64,000 nt of DNA from a virus, in IMG/VR virus record IMGVR_UViG_3300005573_000055, positions 91,524 to 155,523 of that record; one strand, 5' to 3'. Below are positions 22,812 through 32,896 of the stretch, piece after piece. Each line of letters starts with the position of its first letter. Positions within the stretch are counted from its first letter, which is position 1. The notes beneath the pieces were generated by a model. That model made no database searches. It saw nothing but the letters and a program-made list of their open reading frames with translations, and was not told where the DNA came from. The position numbers were made by a program, and so were the translations under genes.

Positions 22812-25661
22812 ATGTATTCAGGCAGCTTTAGAACAGTATTTGATCTATTAAAGCAAGGCAAAGGCTTTGTCTTCGACGTAGAAACGCTTGGTTTTAGAGC
22901 CGACCAACCGCTCTATTCTGCAAGCTTTGTTTCCTGGATGGAGCCTCAGCCAAAGACTTTCTACGTTGAGCATAGCCCTGAAGTTCTTGAGCGTGCCTCT
23001 GCAATGGGCCGCGCTGGATATACTGCTTTAGATTGGACTAAGTTAAGTAAAAGCAGTTATGCAGATATCGGCAAAGAGCTGACACGTAGGCTCAATAAAA
23101 GCCGCTTTATTGTAGGCCACAACATTGCATTTGACTTCTCTGTCCTTGCTGAGGCTCTACCTAAGGAACAGTTTTATGCTATCCAAAAGGCCCTCCAAAG
23201 TATATCAGACCCAGAGCTAAAAGCCCAAATCCGCCAAGCTAAAGCTCAGTATGGCGCTATACCTAAAGAACTTCAGGATATAAAGCGATATAAATACCTA
23301 AAAATTCACTACCCCGCCGCCTATATTAATGCCCCCTTCCGCCACCAAGACACCTTCGGCCATGTCAAGCCAAAAGCTTACATGGCCTATAGTAGATATT
23401 TAAACTATATTCAAGAATCTCAGCAAGCATTTGGAAGGTCTGTTATTGATACGCTTTTGCTGTCAAGAATTGCAGCTGGATTTGGTAAAGAGCTTGGACT
23501 TTTAGAGACAAAGCTGCCCGATGCTCTTATAGGACTTGGTTCTACACTTGAAGGTATAGCTACAGCTATAGGTATAGACACAAAATCAGCTCACACAGAA
23601 GCTGACGTTCTTTACAACAAGAAAGTAGCTGAATTTTTATTATCTGGCGACATCGACAAACTTGCTGAGGCATCAAGAAAAGGGCTTGGTAAAAAGCTTG
23701 CTGCAATAGCTGATCGCTCGCAACGATTTACTGCACTCGGTCTTAAAGGTGAAACCGAAAGTCTGTTTCGCTACTTAGAGAAAGTAGGTAGCAGCAAAAC
23801 AGTGATGAAGCATATCATCACTTCGAGATTAAGTGAAGTTGCGCGCGAGATGTATTTCCGCGGCGGCTATCCAATTAGAACTATTGCAGGCCGTAGATCG
23901 GTTATCGAGAAGAATATTAATATTATTCTTGGAAGATTTCTTAAAACATATCACCCGCTGCTTGAAAATATTGCCGAAGAAAAGCTTTCCCGTAGAGAGG
24001 CTCTTATAGCTCTTAGGGAAACTTATGAACGTATATATAATACCATTCAGTTAAAACATCTTGCTTCAAGAGGCGCTAAAGATTACAAATACTTTGAAGA
24101 ACGTGCTTACCAGCGTGAAAAAGCTTTTAGACGATATCAACGCATACTTGCAAATAAAGCTCGTTCAGAGCGGTTGGCAGTTCACCCCGAAGAGATTACC
24201 AGTATTCTTAAATCTGGTACCCCTCGTTCTTTGCTTATTGGTGCAGGAGTTCTGCTTGGCCTTAGTCTTCTTGGCACTACATATTCTTTGATGAAAGAAC
24301 GAACAACTGAAGACAACCCAACACGTATAGAAGGTTTACATCCAGGTGATGGTGTCAATAAAGAAATAATAGATGCCTATACTGACTTTGGAAGCCCGCT
24401 TAAGATGCCAGGTGGTATCAGTAAAGCATTTGGTTTTGTAGGACGTGTCATTGGAGATACTCTTACTAATGTAGCTGAGCATAGCCGCTATGCAGCAGCT
24501 GGATTTGCTCTTGGTATTTATACGGGATATAATAGCAAACATAAATCAGATACAACAAGCCTGCTTACCAGTGTTGCTATTGACTTGACGGATGATATAC
24601 TGCTTGCAGTCGGAGGAAGTGCTTTAGGTGAAAAACTTGCATGGATGCATCCATTAGGTGCTGGTATGTTTGGTTTCGGACTTGGTAAATTGCTTGGTGC
24701 ACGTATATCAGGAAAGGATGATGATTATAATACAATAGAAGGATTACGGCATGGCGGTGTTGCAGAAGCTATGAGAAAACGCTTTACAGATTTTGGTTCT
24801 GGATACAAAGGACCCAATCCACAGCTTTCTCCATCTTACAATGAAGCAGAAGATGTTCCTCGATATGAGATAATGAGAGCAAGTAAGATTGGTCTTTCGG
24901 AAGAAGAATTATATGAATGGGCAATTAAACCAACAAAAGAGCCGAGTGAGTATGTAGCTGCATCTGCTTCAGCTGGAACTGCTTTACACCAGTATATGCA
25001 GGCCATTGGATATCAGCAGAATCCTTTCTACAAACATGAAATTCTTGTTGTAAATAGACAGCATGGTATAACAGGCCATATTGACGAACTTACAGCTATG
25101 GGCATTGGTGATATTAAAACTGTAAACAGCGGTATATTCAATGCCATAGCTAAAGAAGGTAGACCAAAACCATCTCATTATGCACAAGTTCAATTTTACA
25201 TGGGTACAACTGGTGTAGAGCATGGATATATTAAATATGTAGATAGAGACAATCCGCTTAGACAAAAAGTCTACCAGTTTGATTTTGATCCGATATATTA
25301 TGAAAATCTGTTAGCTAAAGTCGAACGTGTGCGTGCTCGTGTTCTTGAGGATATTGCAACTGGAAGACTTGACGAAGATAAACTTCCAAAGACTGCATCT
25401 ATAGAGCGTCTTGAGAAAGATGCTTTAGAGATATCTATAGTTGAAACGCCAGAATATATGGCAATGACTTTAGATGAGAGGCGAAGGATATTCAAAGAAG
25501 AGATGGATTATTTACGTTCTGTTAAGCGTGGAATGCCATCATCAGGGCCTGGGGCTGAAAGAATTCAAAAACGTAATCAAGAAAAAAGACATTACCTTGT
25601 AAGCACACAGGGTATAGGTCTGCAAACCTGGTATAATAGAAGCAAACATCATGTAATGTAA
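22812..25661 (+). CDS. fusion protein: DEDD 3'-5' exonuclease domain + Gly-rich hydrophobic linker + Cas4/RecB-like PD-(D/E)XK nuclease domain
   Basis: FVFDVET, VGHNIAFDF, IDTL, AHTEADV; GTALH, GHIDE..GDIKT, QVQFYM. Confidence 0.75.
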   Translation: MYSGSFRTVFDLLKQGKGFVFDVETLGFRADQPLYSASFVSWMEPQPKTFYVEHSPEVLERASAMGRAGYTALDWTKLSKSSYADIGKELTRRLNKSRFIVGHNIAFDFSVLAEALPKEQFYAIQKALQSISDPELKAQIRQAKAQYGAIPKELQDIKRYKYLKIHYPAAYINAPFRHQDTFGHVKPKAYMAYSRYLNYIQESQQAFGRSVIDTLLLSRIAAGFGKELGLLETKLPDALIGLGSTLEGIATAIGIDTKSAHTEADVLYNKKVAEFLLSGDIDKLAEASRKGLGKKLAAIADRSQRFTALGLKGETESLFRYLEKVGSSKTVMKHIITSRLSEVAREMYFRGGYPIRTIAGRRSVIEKNINIILGRFLKTYHPLLENIAEEKLSRREALIALRETYERIYNTIQLKHLASRGAKDYKYFEERAYQREKAFRRYQRILANKARSERLAVHPEEITSILKSGTPRSLLIGAGVLLGLSLLGTTYSLMKERTTEDNPTRIEGLHPGDGVNKEIIDAYTDFGSPLKMPGGISKAFGFVGRVIGDTLTNVAEHSRYAAAGFALGIYTGYNSKHKSDTTSLLTSVAIDLTDDILLAVGGSALGEKLAWMHPLGAGMFGFGLGKLLGARISGKDDDYNTIEGLRHGGVAEAMRKRFTDFGSGYKGPNPQLSPSYNEAEDVPRYEIMRASKIGLSEEELYEWAIKPTKEPSEYVAASASAGTALHQYMQAIGYQQNPFYKHEILVVNRQHGITGHIDELTAMGIGDIKTVNSGIFNAIAKEGRPKPSHYAQVQFYMGTTGVEHGYIKYVDRDNPLRQKVYQFDFDPIYYENLLAKVERVRARVLEDIATGRLDEDKLPKTASIERLEKDALEISIVETPEYMAMTLDERRRIFKEEMDYLRSVKRGMPSSGPGAERIQKRNQEKRHYLVSTQGIGLQTWYNRSKHHVM

Positions 25662-25683
25662 TAAAATCAATTAAGGAGGCTTT

Positions 25684-26241
25684 ATGGCACTTGGAACAAT
25701 TGCTCGAGTACTTGGCGGCGCATTTGCAGGCGCTGCGGTTGGCGGTACTTATGGAGTTGCAACAGATAAAGACACAGGTAAAACTGCTGCTATGGGTGCC
25801 TTACTTGGCGGCGTTTTAGGGTATGCAGCACTTGGAAGATCAGGAACTTTAGCAGAAAATATAACAAGAGCTGGACAAAGAGTTGGAAGCATCGCTGGCA
25901 AAATTGCAAAAACATCGGCATATCAAAATACGATTGACTTTGTTAAAAGTTTCAACAGAGGAACATATGTTACCTTAAGGAGAATGTTCCCAAATACTCT
26001 TGGTAAAAATCCGTTGCTTGGTAGAATTTATGCCAGTGCGATTACAGGTGCTTTAGTTGGTGGGACAATGGGTGCTGCGCAAGGTGCTGTTTCAAGAAAG
26101 AGAACCATGTTCGGTGGATTTGTGCGTGGTGCTCTTTTAGGAGGATTTATGGGTGCTGGACTTGGTTTTAGACGTAGATTTGTTAAACCTATTAATCCTA
26201 TAAAGAATGCCGCTAGAATACCTAATCCTTTTACAAGATAA
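25684..26241 (+). CDS. glycine-zipper membrane/virion protein
   Basis: Repeated GAxxGGxxG segments; AAGGAGG RBS. Confidence 0.7.
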   Translation: MALGTIARVLGGAFAGAAVGGTYGVATDKDTGKTAAMGALLGGVLGYAALGRSGTLAENITRAGQRVGSIAGKIAKTSAYQNTIDFVKSFNRGTYVTLRRMFPNTLGKNPLLGRIYASAITGALVGGTMGAAQGAVSRKRTMFGGFVRGALLGGFMGAGLGFRRRFVKPINPIKNAARIPNPFTR

Positions 26242-26273
26242 TTAATCGCTTAAGCACAATTTGGTAAAAGCCT

Positions 26274-27197
26274 ATGTTACCAGAAAAACAAAATCTTGAC
26301 GATGCAAATGACCTCTCTATGATTGGCCCTGATATAGGGCCTGTCATGGCACTTATGGGGTTGACTGTTGCTGCAAGTGCACTTATCCCTGCGGCCGTCC
26401 GCTCTACACATAAATATGCTCGTTTTCTTTCTAGATATGCAGAAAATCCTCGCATTAAGCAGTATGCATCAAGAGTTTCGTCCTATTTAGGTAATGTCGA
26501 TAAGCGCATCAAAGGTAAATACCGCGGTGGTTTTATAGGCTCCCTATTTGGTGCAGATACTGCACGAAAAGGACCGCTTGAAGGCTGGCGTGGTAAATTT
26601 ATGAAAAATCTTGGTGTTGAAAATGCAGTGCTCTCTGGGCCATTTATGCAGGATTTAAGATCATTTGCGCCTTTAATGACAACACATGCCAATGGTTTTA
26701 CAGCTGGTGCATGGAATAAAGCTCTAAGAAAGATGTTTGGCAGCAATAAAATTATCAACAAAGGCGAAATGATGTATACTGTTGGTGCAATGCCTATTTT
26801 CTCTATGTTTGGAATTCAACAGGCTGCCAAAGAATATGGTCTTGGCGGAGCTATTATGGCCGGTATAGCAGAGCCTCTAACCTTTGCCTCTTACAGACTT
26901 GGAGAAGCTGCTGGCTCTGCGCTTGGGTATGGCCTTGGTGGAGCACTTGGAAGTCGTATTGCAGGCGTTGGACTGGGTGCAGTATCGGCACTTCTGCCAA
27001 TGGCTATATTCTCTACACTTGGCAGAATGAGCAGTCTTGGAAGAAAGTGGTCAACACCTGACTTCGGCGGAAATGTCCAAGATAATTCTTATTCATATAC
27101 TATGCGTCAAAGAAGCCTTAATGCTATAAGAACGTCTATGTTTAACATACGTGCAGAACTTGGCAATGAAGCTATCAGGCTTGCTGGTCTTTCCTGA
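26274..27197 (+). CDS. Gly/Ala-rich putative virion/membrane protein
   Basis: Hydrophobic Gly-rich segments; C-terminal TMRQRSLNAI...LGNEA. Confidence 0.65.
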   Translation: MLPEKQNLDDANDLSMIGPDIGPVMALMGLTVAASALIPAAVRSTHKYARFLSRYAENPRIKQYASRVSSYLGNVDKRIKGKYRGGFIGSLFGADTARKGPLEGWRGKFMKNLGVENAVLSGPFMQDLRSFAPLMTTHANGFTAGAWNKALRKMFGSNKIINKGEMMYTVGAMPIFSMFGIQQAAKEYGLGGAIMAGIAEPLTFASYRLGEAAGSALGYGLGGALGSRIAGVGLGAVSALLPMAIFSTLGRMSSLGRKWSTPDFGGNVQDNSYSYTMRQRSLNAIRTSMFNIRAELGNEAIRLAGLS

Positions 27198-27236
27198 TGT
27201 TCTTTGAAATTGCTGCAACTAATTCTAGAGGTTTTA

Positions 27237-27710
27237 ATGTCAAAGAAAAAACATTCCTATAAGTATAATGATCCAAAGTATAAACTTTGGCGTGAAAAGG
27301 TATTTAGACGCGATAGATATATGTGCCAATTATGTGGATCTAAAGGAGGACTGAATGCTCATCACATTAAACGCAAAGCAGATTATCCTAATTTAGCATA
27401 TACAGTTAAAAATGGTATCACACTTTGCACAACCTGTCATGAAATTATAACTGGCTATGAGGAACATTTTGAGGAACTTTTTGACGCTGTCGTGATAAAG
27501 CATGTAACATTTGATTTGCTGTATATATTTTGGAGCGGCATTATTGAAAAACTGCCGAATATTGTTGAAACATTTAAGGCAAAGAACAAATGGATGAACA
27601 TATTCTACTTCCTTGGTAGTAAAGTTAAGACTTCCAAGAAGGAACACAAATCAGATAGAAAATATGCACAGAAGAATATGCACCTTGAAAACATATCAGC
27701 AAAGCTATGA
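27237..27710 (+). CDS. HNH endonuclease
   Basis: WREKVFRRDRYMCQLCG...AHHIK...NGITLCTTCH; start ATG 27237 after GAGG. Confidence 0.88.
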   Translation: MSKKKHSYKYNDPKYKLWREKVFRRDRYMCQLCGSKGGLNAHHIKRKADYPNLAYTVKNGITLCTTCHEIITGYEEHFEELFDAVVIKHVTFDLLYIFWSGIIEKLPNIVETFKAKNKWMNIFYFLGSKVKTSKKEHKSDRKYAQKNMHLENISAKL

Positions 27711-29680
27711 AATCTAAATCAGTAGATAAATATACACATACAGTCATAAGTCAGCCGTACGATTACTTTAGACAGCTGTTTACTAATGTTTCTACAGAGA
27801 GCGAAGACATAGTCATTGATGCTTATAATATTACTTTTAATCCAGAAAACACAGCGCGGTATATAGAGTGGTGCATCAAAAATGTCATAGAGTCGCGTAA
27901 AGCTCCATGGCTTATTGAAGCTATGAAGCATGATCCTGCTTTTATGGTAGATCCTATAAATGATTATTATTTAAAGTTAATTCCTGGTGTATTACGTAAT
28001 TCATTAAATGACCGTGAACTTCTTGAAGCTATAGCTCTTTATGACCCTGTAACATGGGGTCAGTTATACCTGTTGCAGAAACACGTAGATCCATTTACAG
28101 GCAAAGTTGGCTGGCAGCCGCGCATGTCAAAAGATGGCATCTCCTATCAAGCAATGCCTATTCGATGCCGATCACCAAGATTAGTTGTCAGAGCGGGCCG
28201 CCGTGTTGGTAAAACTGCAGCACTGGTTGTGAAGATCCTGCATCGTGCTTTTACCTGGACTCCAACAGAAACTCTTGGTTATTACAATATAGTGATTTTT
28301 ACGCCAAACCAGTCGCAGTTAAATACAATATTTAAGATGATTGAAATCATGATTGACAACAATCCCGTTCTGCTCAATGAAATTAAAAATGATGGCCGTA
28401 TACCAACACGCAAAACTCCCAATATCGAACTCGAATTTAAGAATGGTGTTGTAATCAAAGGCTTTGTTTCTGGATCTACAGCAATACGTTCGTCGTCTGC
28501 CCACTTCCTTGTAATTGATGAAGCTTCCTATCTTACTACTCCGGACATAGAGGCAGCTATAGCTCTTATTACAGAAAATCCAGAAGTTGAACTATGGGTA
28601 TCTTCAACTCCCAGCGGATTGCGTGACTGGTTTTATCAGATTGTTCATTCTGAAGACTTTGTTTCATTTCATTTTCCATCAAATAAATTCCATCCATACT
28701 GGAACGAAAAGATGGAAAGTGATATGCGTGCTTTATATACAGATGCAGGCTACAAGCACGAAATTCTTGCTGAATTTGCTGCCGATGGTCAGGGGGTATT
28801 TCAAACTGTATTTATTGATAAAGCAAAAAGACAGTATAAGTATGAAGACCAGAGGCCAAATCCAGAATGTTATTATGGCTTTGGTGTTGACTGGAACGAT
28901 ATGGCAAATGGTACAAAGATATGTATTGTTGAATATAATCCTTCGCTGAAAAAATATCGTGTTGTCGGCAAAGAGTCGGTCTCAATAGAGAACTGGACGC
29001 AGCTAATGGCAGTAAAGAAAATCCAGGAACTAAATCGCATATGGCAGCCAGCAGTTATATATTGCGACTACGGACATGGTGCAACTGCTATAGAGCTTTT
29101 GCATGCTTTAGGTGCTGAGGCTCCTCCAAATTCTGTTGATAGAAAACTTCTTGATGCAAAGTCAATTAACTTTTCCTCCTATGTAGATATCTATGACCCA
29201 GGCACTAATGCTAAAGTGCAAAAGCCTCTAAAACCATACATGGTTAACAATGCTGTAAGGATATTTGAGGAAGAGCTTATTGAAATATCTGAATATGACA
29301 ACCACTTGATTAAACAAATGGAAAATTACATCATTGATCATTATACCCCAAAAGGTATACCGGTGTATAAAGCTTCTCCTGAGTTTGGAGACCATGATCT
29401 TGATGCATTAATGCTTGCACTGCTTGGATTTAACCTTGAATTTTCATCTCTTACAAAACCAAGATTTGTAGCAAGTTTTGTCGTAAGTATTCCTCAAAAA
29501 TATCAGGCATTTCAAAACAGATTAGGACTTTCTGCAGAGCAACTCTCATATATCAAACGTCTTGAGAAAGATAAGGAATTTGAGCGTCAAGAGTATCTGC
29601 TTGCACATGGCATAAAAGATAGACCTCTTACAGCATTTGGACGTTCTAATGTTAGAAGATTTGGTATAAGACGCTATTAA
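27707..29680 (+). CDS. terL: terminase large subunit
   Basis: Walker A AGRRVGKT, Walker B LVIDEA, SSTP coupling motif, nuclease GVDW and DHDLDA. Confidence 0.92.
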   Translation: MKSKSVDKYTHTVISQPYDYFRQLFTNVSTESEDIVIDAYNITFNPENTARYIEWCIKNVIESRKAPWLIEAMKHDPAFMVDPINDYYLKLIPGVLRNSLNDRELLEAIALYDPVTWGQLYLLQKHVDPFTGKVGWQPRMSKDGISYQAMPIRCRSPRLVVRAGRRVGKTAALVVKILHRAFTWTPTETLGYYNIVIFTPNQSQLNTIFKMIEIMIDNNPVLLNEIKNDGRIPTRKTPNIELEFKNGVVIKGFVSGSTAIRSSSAHFLVIDEASYLTTPDIEAAIALITENPEVELWVSSTPSGLRDWFYQIVHSEDFVSFHFPSNKFHPYWNEKMESDMRALYTDAGYKHEILAEFAADGQGVFQTVFIDKAKRQYKYEDQRPNPECYYGFGVDWNDMANGTKICIVEYNPSLKKYRVVGKESVSIENWTQLMAVKKIQELNRIWQPAVIYCDYGHGATAIELLHALGAEAPPNSVDRKLLDAKSINFSSYVDIYDPGTNAKVQKPLKPYMVNNAVRIFEEELIEISEYDNHLIKQMENYIIDHYTPKGIPVYKASPEFGDHDLDALMLALLGFNLEFSSLTKPRFVASFVVSIPQKYQAFQNRLGLSAEQLSYIKRLEKDKEFERQEYLLAHGIKDRPLTAFGRSNVRRFGIRRY

Positions 29681-29713
29681 TAACACTACTTAAGCAATAA
29701 ATGGAGAAAAGCT

Positions 29714-30475
29714 ATGGTTACAGAAGATTTATCAATCTATATTGAAGATAGTGACGGCATTTTTACGCCGCTTGAAAATGATACCATCTATGTCTTTAAT
29801 CCTGAAAAGTCTTATCGCATAGCTTTTAGAAACAATACCGATAATTTTATGTCTATAGATAAATCCAGTATTAATAATATTATACCTCTAAGCGAAGACG
29901 TATATTTAGATCCGCAAAAGACTCTCTTTTTTGATGTTGTGCAGCCTTTAGATAATCCCGCAGATATTTATGTTAATTATAATGTTTCACCAATTCCGCT
30001 TAAAAATAGAATAAATGTTCATCATTTTCTGCATGAAAATCCAAGTGGTTTTCTGATTGGATATAACACCGTATCTGATAATGTTTCAACATTTGATGGG
30101 CTTACACTTTATGTGCAGGGGTATTTTTTTACAAATAAAGGTGATGCTGATATAGTTAATTTATCAGACAGAGTTACTATCGGTATCAACCAGCTGCGTG
30201 AGATATTTTATACAATTGATGGACAAACTACTTCGACACACTACCTTCTCCTTGATTTTAATGAGCCATATGTATTTACATTTTATATCAAACATGGCAG
30301 CATTACCGTCTACTGCAATAACGATTATGTAACGGTCATTCCTGTGGAGTTAAATAATCCTCTTAATGTAAGAGTTGGCGGATTTGATGGATATCTACTG
30401 TTTTATGGTTTATTCAATATAGAACATGACAATTTCACCAGAAAATATATCAACAAATTTTTACTTGGACTATGA
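29714..30475 (+). CDS. hypothetical beta-rich protein
   Basis: ORF with GGAG RBS. Confidence 0.65.
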   Translation: MVTEDLSIYIEDSDGIFTPLENDTIYVFNPEKSYRIAFRNNTDNFMSIDKSSINNIIPLSEDVYLDPQKTLFFDVVQPLDNPADIYVNYNVSPIPLKNRINVHHFLHENPSGFLIGYNTVSDNVSTFDGLTLYVQGYFFTNKGDADIVNLSDRVTIGINQLREIFYTIDGQTTSTHYLLLDFNEPYVFTFYIKHGSITVYCNNDYVTVIPVELNNPLNVRVGGFDGYLLFYGLFNIEHDNFTRKYINKFLLGL

Positions 30476-31014
30476 GATCTATTAAAGAATTTGGTAAACC
30501 AGCTTCCTTCGAAGAAATCAAAGAACGAAAGGAAATCAATGTCTCCCCTCTTGAAATAGCAAGGGATCAGACTATACAGCTATATTACTGGCTTTATCCT
30601 TATATAGCATCCGAATTTAAGCATAGAGAAGACATTCAACAATGGGCAACGCAAATCTTAAAAGAGTTTAAGCAAGAAGTAGCTAAATTTAATCAGCAGT
30701 TGAATAACTTGGTTGCCATATTTAATAGCCATATACATCCAACCTCTCAGGGCCCGACAAGCCCTACGACTTCGCAAATGACTGCGCCTCAGCTTAATAC
30801 ATGGAAAGCTCAGCCGGAGGATTTTTATTTTGGAGACGATCTTATCACTGATAGTTCAAAATATACATCGGCCATTAAGCATCGAGATCCAGAAGAAAAG
30901 CCTTCCAGTTATAAACCTAGTATCGATGTTGTAAAAGAGCTTAAGAAAATCAAGAAGTTTATACCATTTGATATTCAAACTGGCGAAGGCGACTACGTTC
31001 AAGATGAATCTTAG
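30472..31014 (+). CDS. hypothetical protein with spike-tip-like HxH motif
   Basis: FNSHIHPTSQGPTSPT. Confidence 0.55.
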   Translation: MRSIKEFGKPASFEEIKERKEINVSPLEIARDQTIQLYYWLYPYIASEFKHREDIQQWATQILKEFKQEVAKFNQQLNNLVAIFNSHIHPTSQGPTSPTTSQMTAPQLNTWKAQPEDFYFGDDLITDSSKYTSAIKHRDPEEKPSSYKPSIDVVKELKKIKKFIPFDIQTGEGDYVQDES

Positions 31015-31034
31015 GGAATAATCTGGAATAATCT

Positions 31035-32876
31035 ATGGATATAAAACAAAAAGTTGTTATTCCAAAGCCTCAAAGACAATCAATAAGCTTTGCTGTAGAG
31101 AAATCTAAGTATAGCACTACAGAAAAAGGTTCTACATTATACGACGACTTCTCCGAGCAGAAAAGCTTATTGCTTAATGGATACAATGCTATGCTTTTTG
31201 AGATTGAACGTTTGATGAATGTTATCGTTGAGCGTTCAAAGAGTTATGACTTAAAGGTGGAAAATACAACTGATGATGTTATAGTCAAAGCATTGTTCTA
31301 TAATGTATTTAACGGTGAGAAGAAGACCATTACATTTGAAGATTACATAGATTTAATAATTTATTCCAAATCGCCAAACGGAATCATCCCATCGGAATAT
31401 CTCGGCAAGCTGAAAGATGCTTTTGGTAAGCAGATTATTGAAAAACAGGCCTACGATTTATTATATGTTTATCCATTGCTGCAGAGCGCTTATAATATTA
31501 ACACGGCTGCATCCTCCTTGGAGAATATAGATGCTATAGATATCTATATTGATAACAACAATCACACTACATCACATCCAAGCTCTTCAAGTAGTTCTAC
31601 GAGCAATGTTGTAAATGTATCAGAAAGCAAAATTAAACGTATCATAGAAGAATGCTGGCCATGTGAGCAAAGACTGTATTGGATTAAGAAAACATTTGGC
31701 ATGCCTTTTAATGCTGAAGGTCGCAAATATTACGATATGTATTTCACACAGATGTGGCGTACATATCTTATGGAACTTAGAAATATATTATCTATTAAGC
31801 TCGGTCTTTTTGATTACGGATTGCTTAGTACACTGTGCGCTGCAGGCAGAATGCTGCTTAGTTATGTATGTATACCAGATTTAAACTCTATTGCCTCTTT
31901 GCTTAAGACGAGACTCCAAGCATTAGACAAAGAGCTTTCTGAAGATTTTTCGTTTGCATTTGGCGATATTCTTGAAACATCAATTTCTTACAGCATAAAG
32001 TTTGTAGCTTCCCGCATGAGGGATCTGCTTTTTCAGCATATGCAGCTTATAACTGGCGCCGTAGATTGCACGCTTTTAGCCCTTCGAGAACAGATGCGTA
32101 AGCTGAAATTCTTAAGTGAAGATGTCTATAAGAATATAGCATCATTTACCGATACAGTACTTGAATCAGAGAGATGGCTTTATGACCGTATTGATACATT
32201 GTTTAATGAGCTTGATAAGATTAATCTTCAATCATACTTAATGAATGTAGAGATTTACAGGAAAATCTCTACAGCAAAGAAGACGTCTTTGCATCTTGGA
32301 TTTTTGGCGAAGCTTATAGCAGGTTTTATTTATGCGCGTAATGCGCTTTCTTCTAAGCATGTAAACAATCTTACAACTTTGATCGATGCTATATGCCGTG
32401 CTGCAGTAGCAGAAGCTTATCCATGGATTATATTTAATCCGCCATATACGGGTCCAAAAGGCGGCCCTCAAGATCAAGGCGACACACAAGGCGGCTCTGA
32501 TACCACAGAAGATGACACTGGAGGAAGCGGAGGTGGAGGTAAAGATGGCAGCGATGAAACATCCATCCCCGTCCAAGACCCAACTATTCCTAATGGAATT
32601 TTTGATGGCGGTATACACGATTTACTCAATGATGATCGGTATAAGAAGTTTTTTGATAAGTATAAACTTATTAAGAGTCTTGAAAATGGTATTATTGATT
32701 TGACAATAGATGATGTTGTCAAGTTGCAGCTCAACAGTCTTAAAGACAATATAATAACTGATGCTGGCAAAGAATCCTTTGCTATAACATATAACTCATG
32801 TATGTATAGCGGCGGTAAGTCTTTCTTTACCAGCGATAATATACAAGAAATCTTAGATAGACTTAAAAAGAATTAA
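31035..32876 (+). CDS. hypothetical virion-associated protein
   Basis: 613-aa ORF between terminase and portal. Confidence 0.65.
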   Translation: MDIKQKVVIPKPQRQSISFAVEKSKYSTTEKGSTLYDDFSEQKSLLLNGYNAMLFEIERLMNVIVERSKSYDLKVENTTDDVIVKALFYNVFNGEKKTITFEDYIDLIIYSKSPNGIIPSEYLGKLKDAFGKQIIEKQAYDLLYVYPLLQSAYNINTAASSLENIDAIDIYIDNNNHTTSHPSSSSSSTSNVVNVSESKIKRIIEECWPCEQRLYWIKKTFGMPFNAEGRKYYDMYFTQMWRTYLMELRNILSIKLGLFDYGLLSTLCAAGRMLLSYVCIPDLNSIASLLKTRLQALDKELSEDFSFAFGDILETSISYSIKFVASRMRDLLFQHMQLITGAVDCTLLALREQMRKLKFLSEDVYKNIASFTDTVLESERWLYDRIDTLFNELDKINLQSYLMNVEIYRKISTAKKTSLHLGFLAKLIAGFIYARNALSSKHVNNLTTLIDAICRAAVAEAYPWIIFNPPYTGPKGGPQDQGDTQGGSDTTEDDTGGSGGGGKDGSDETSIPVQDPTIPNGIFDGGIHDLLNDDRYKKFFDKYKLIKSLENGIIDLTIDDVVKLQLNSLKDNIITDAGKESFAITYNSCMYSGGKSFFTSDNIQEILDRLKKN

Positions 32877-32896
32877 CTAATAGCAGGTGTATAGAG

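Noticed and set aside
27707-29680. Intein or intron in terminase
   Set aside because: ATPase and nuclease motifs are contiguous with normal spacing; no splice-junction motifs seen.
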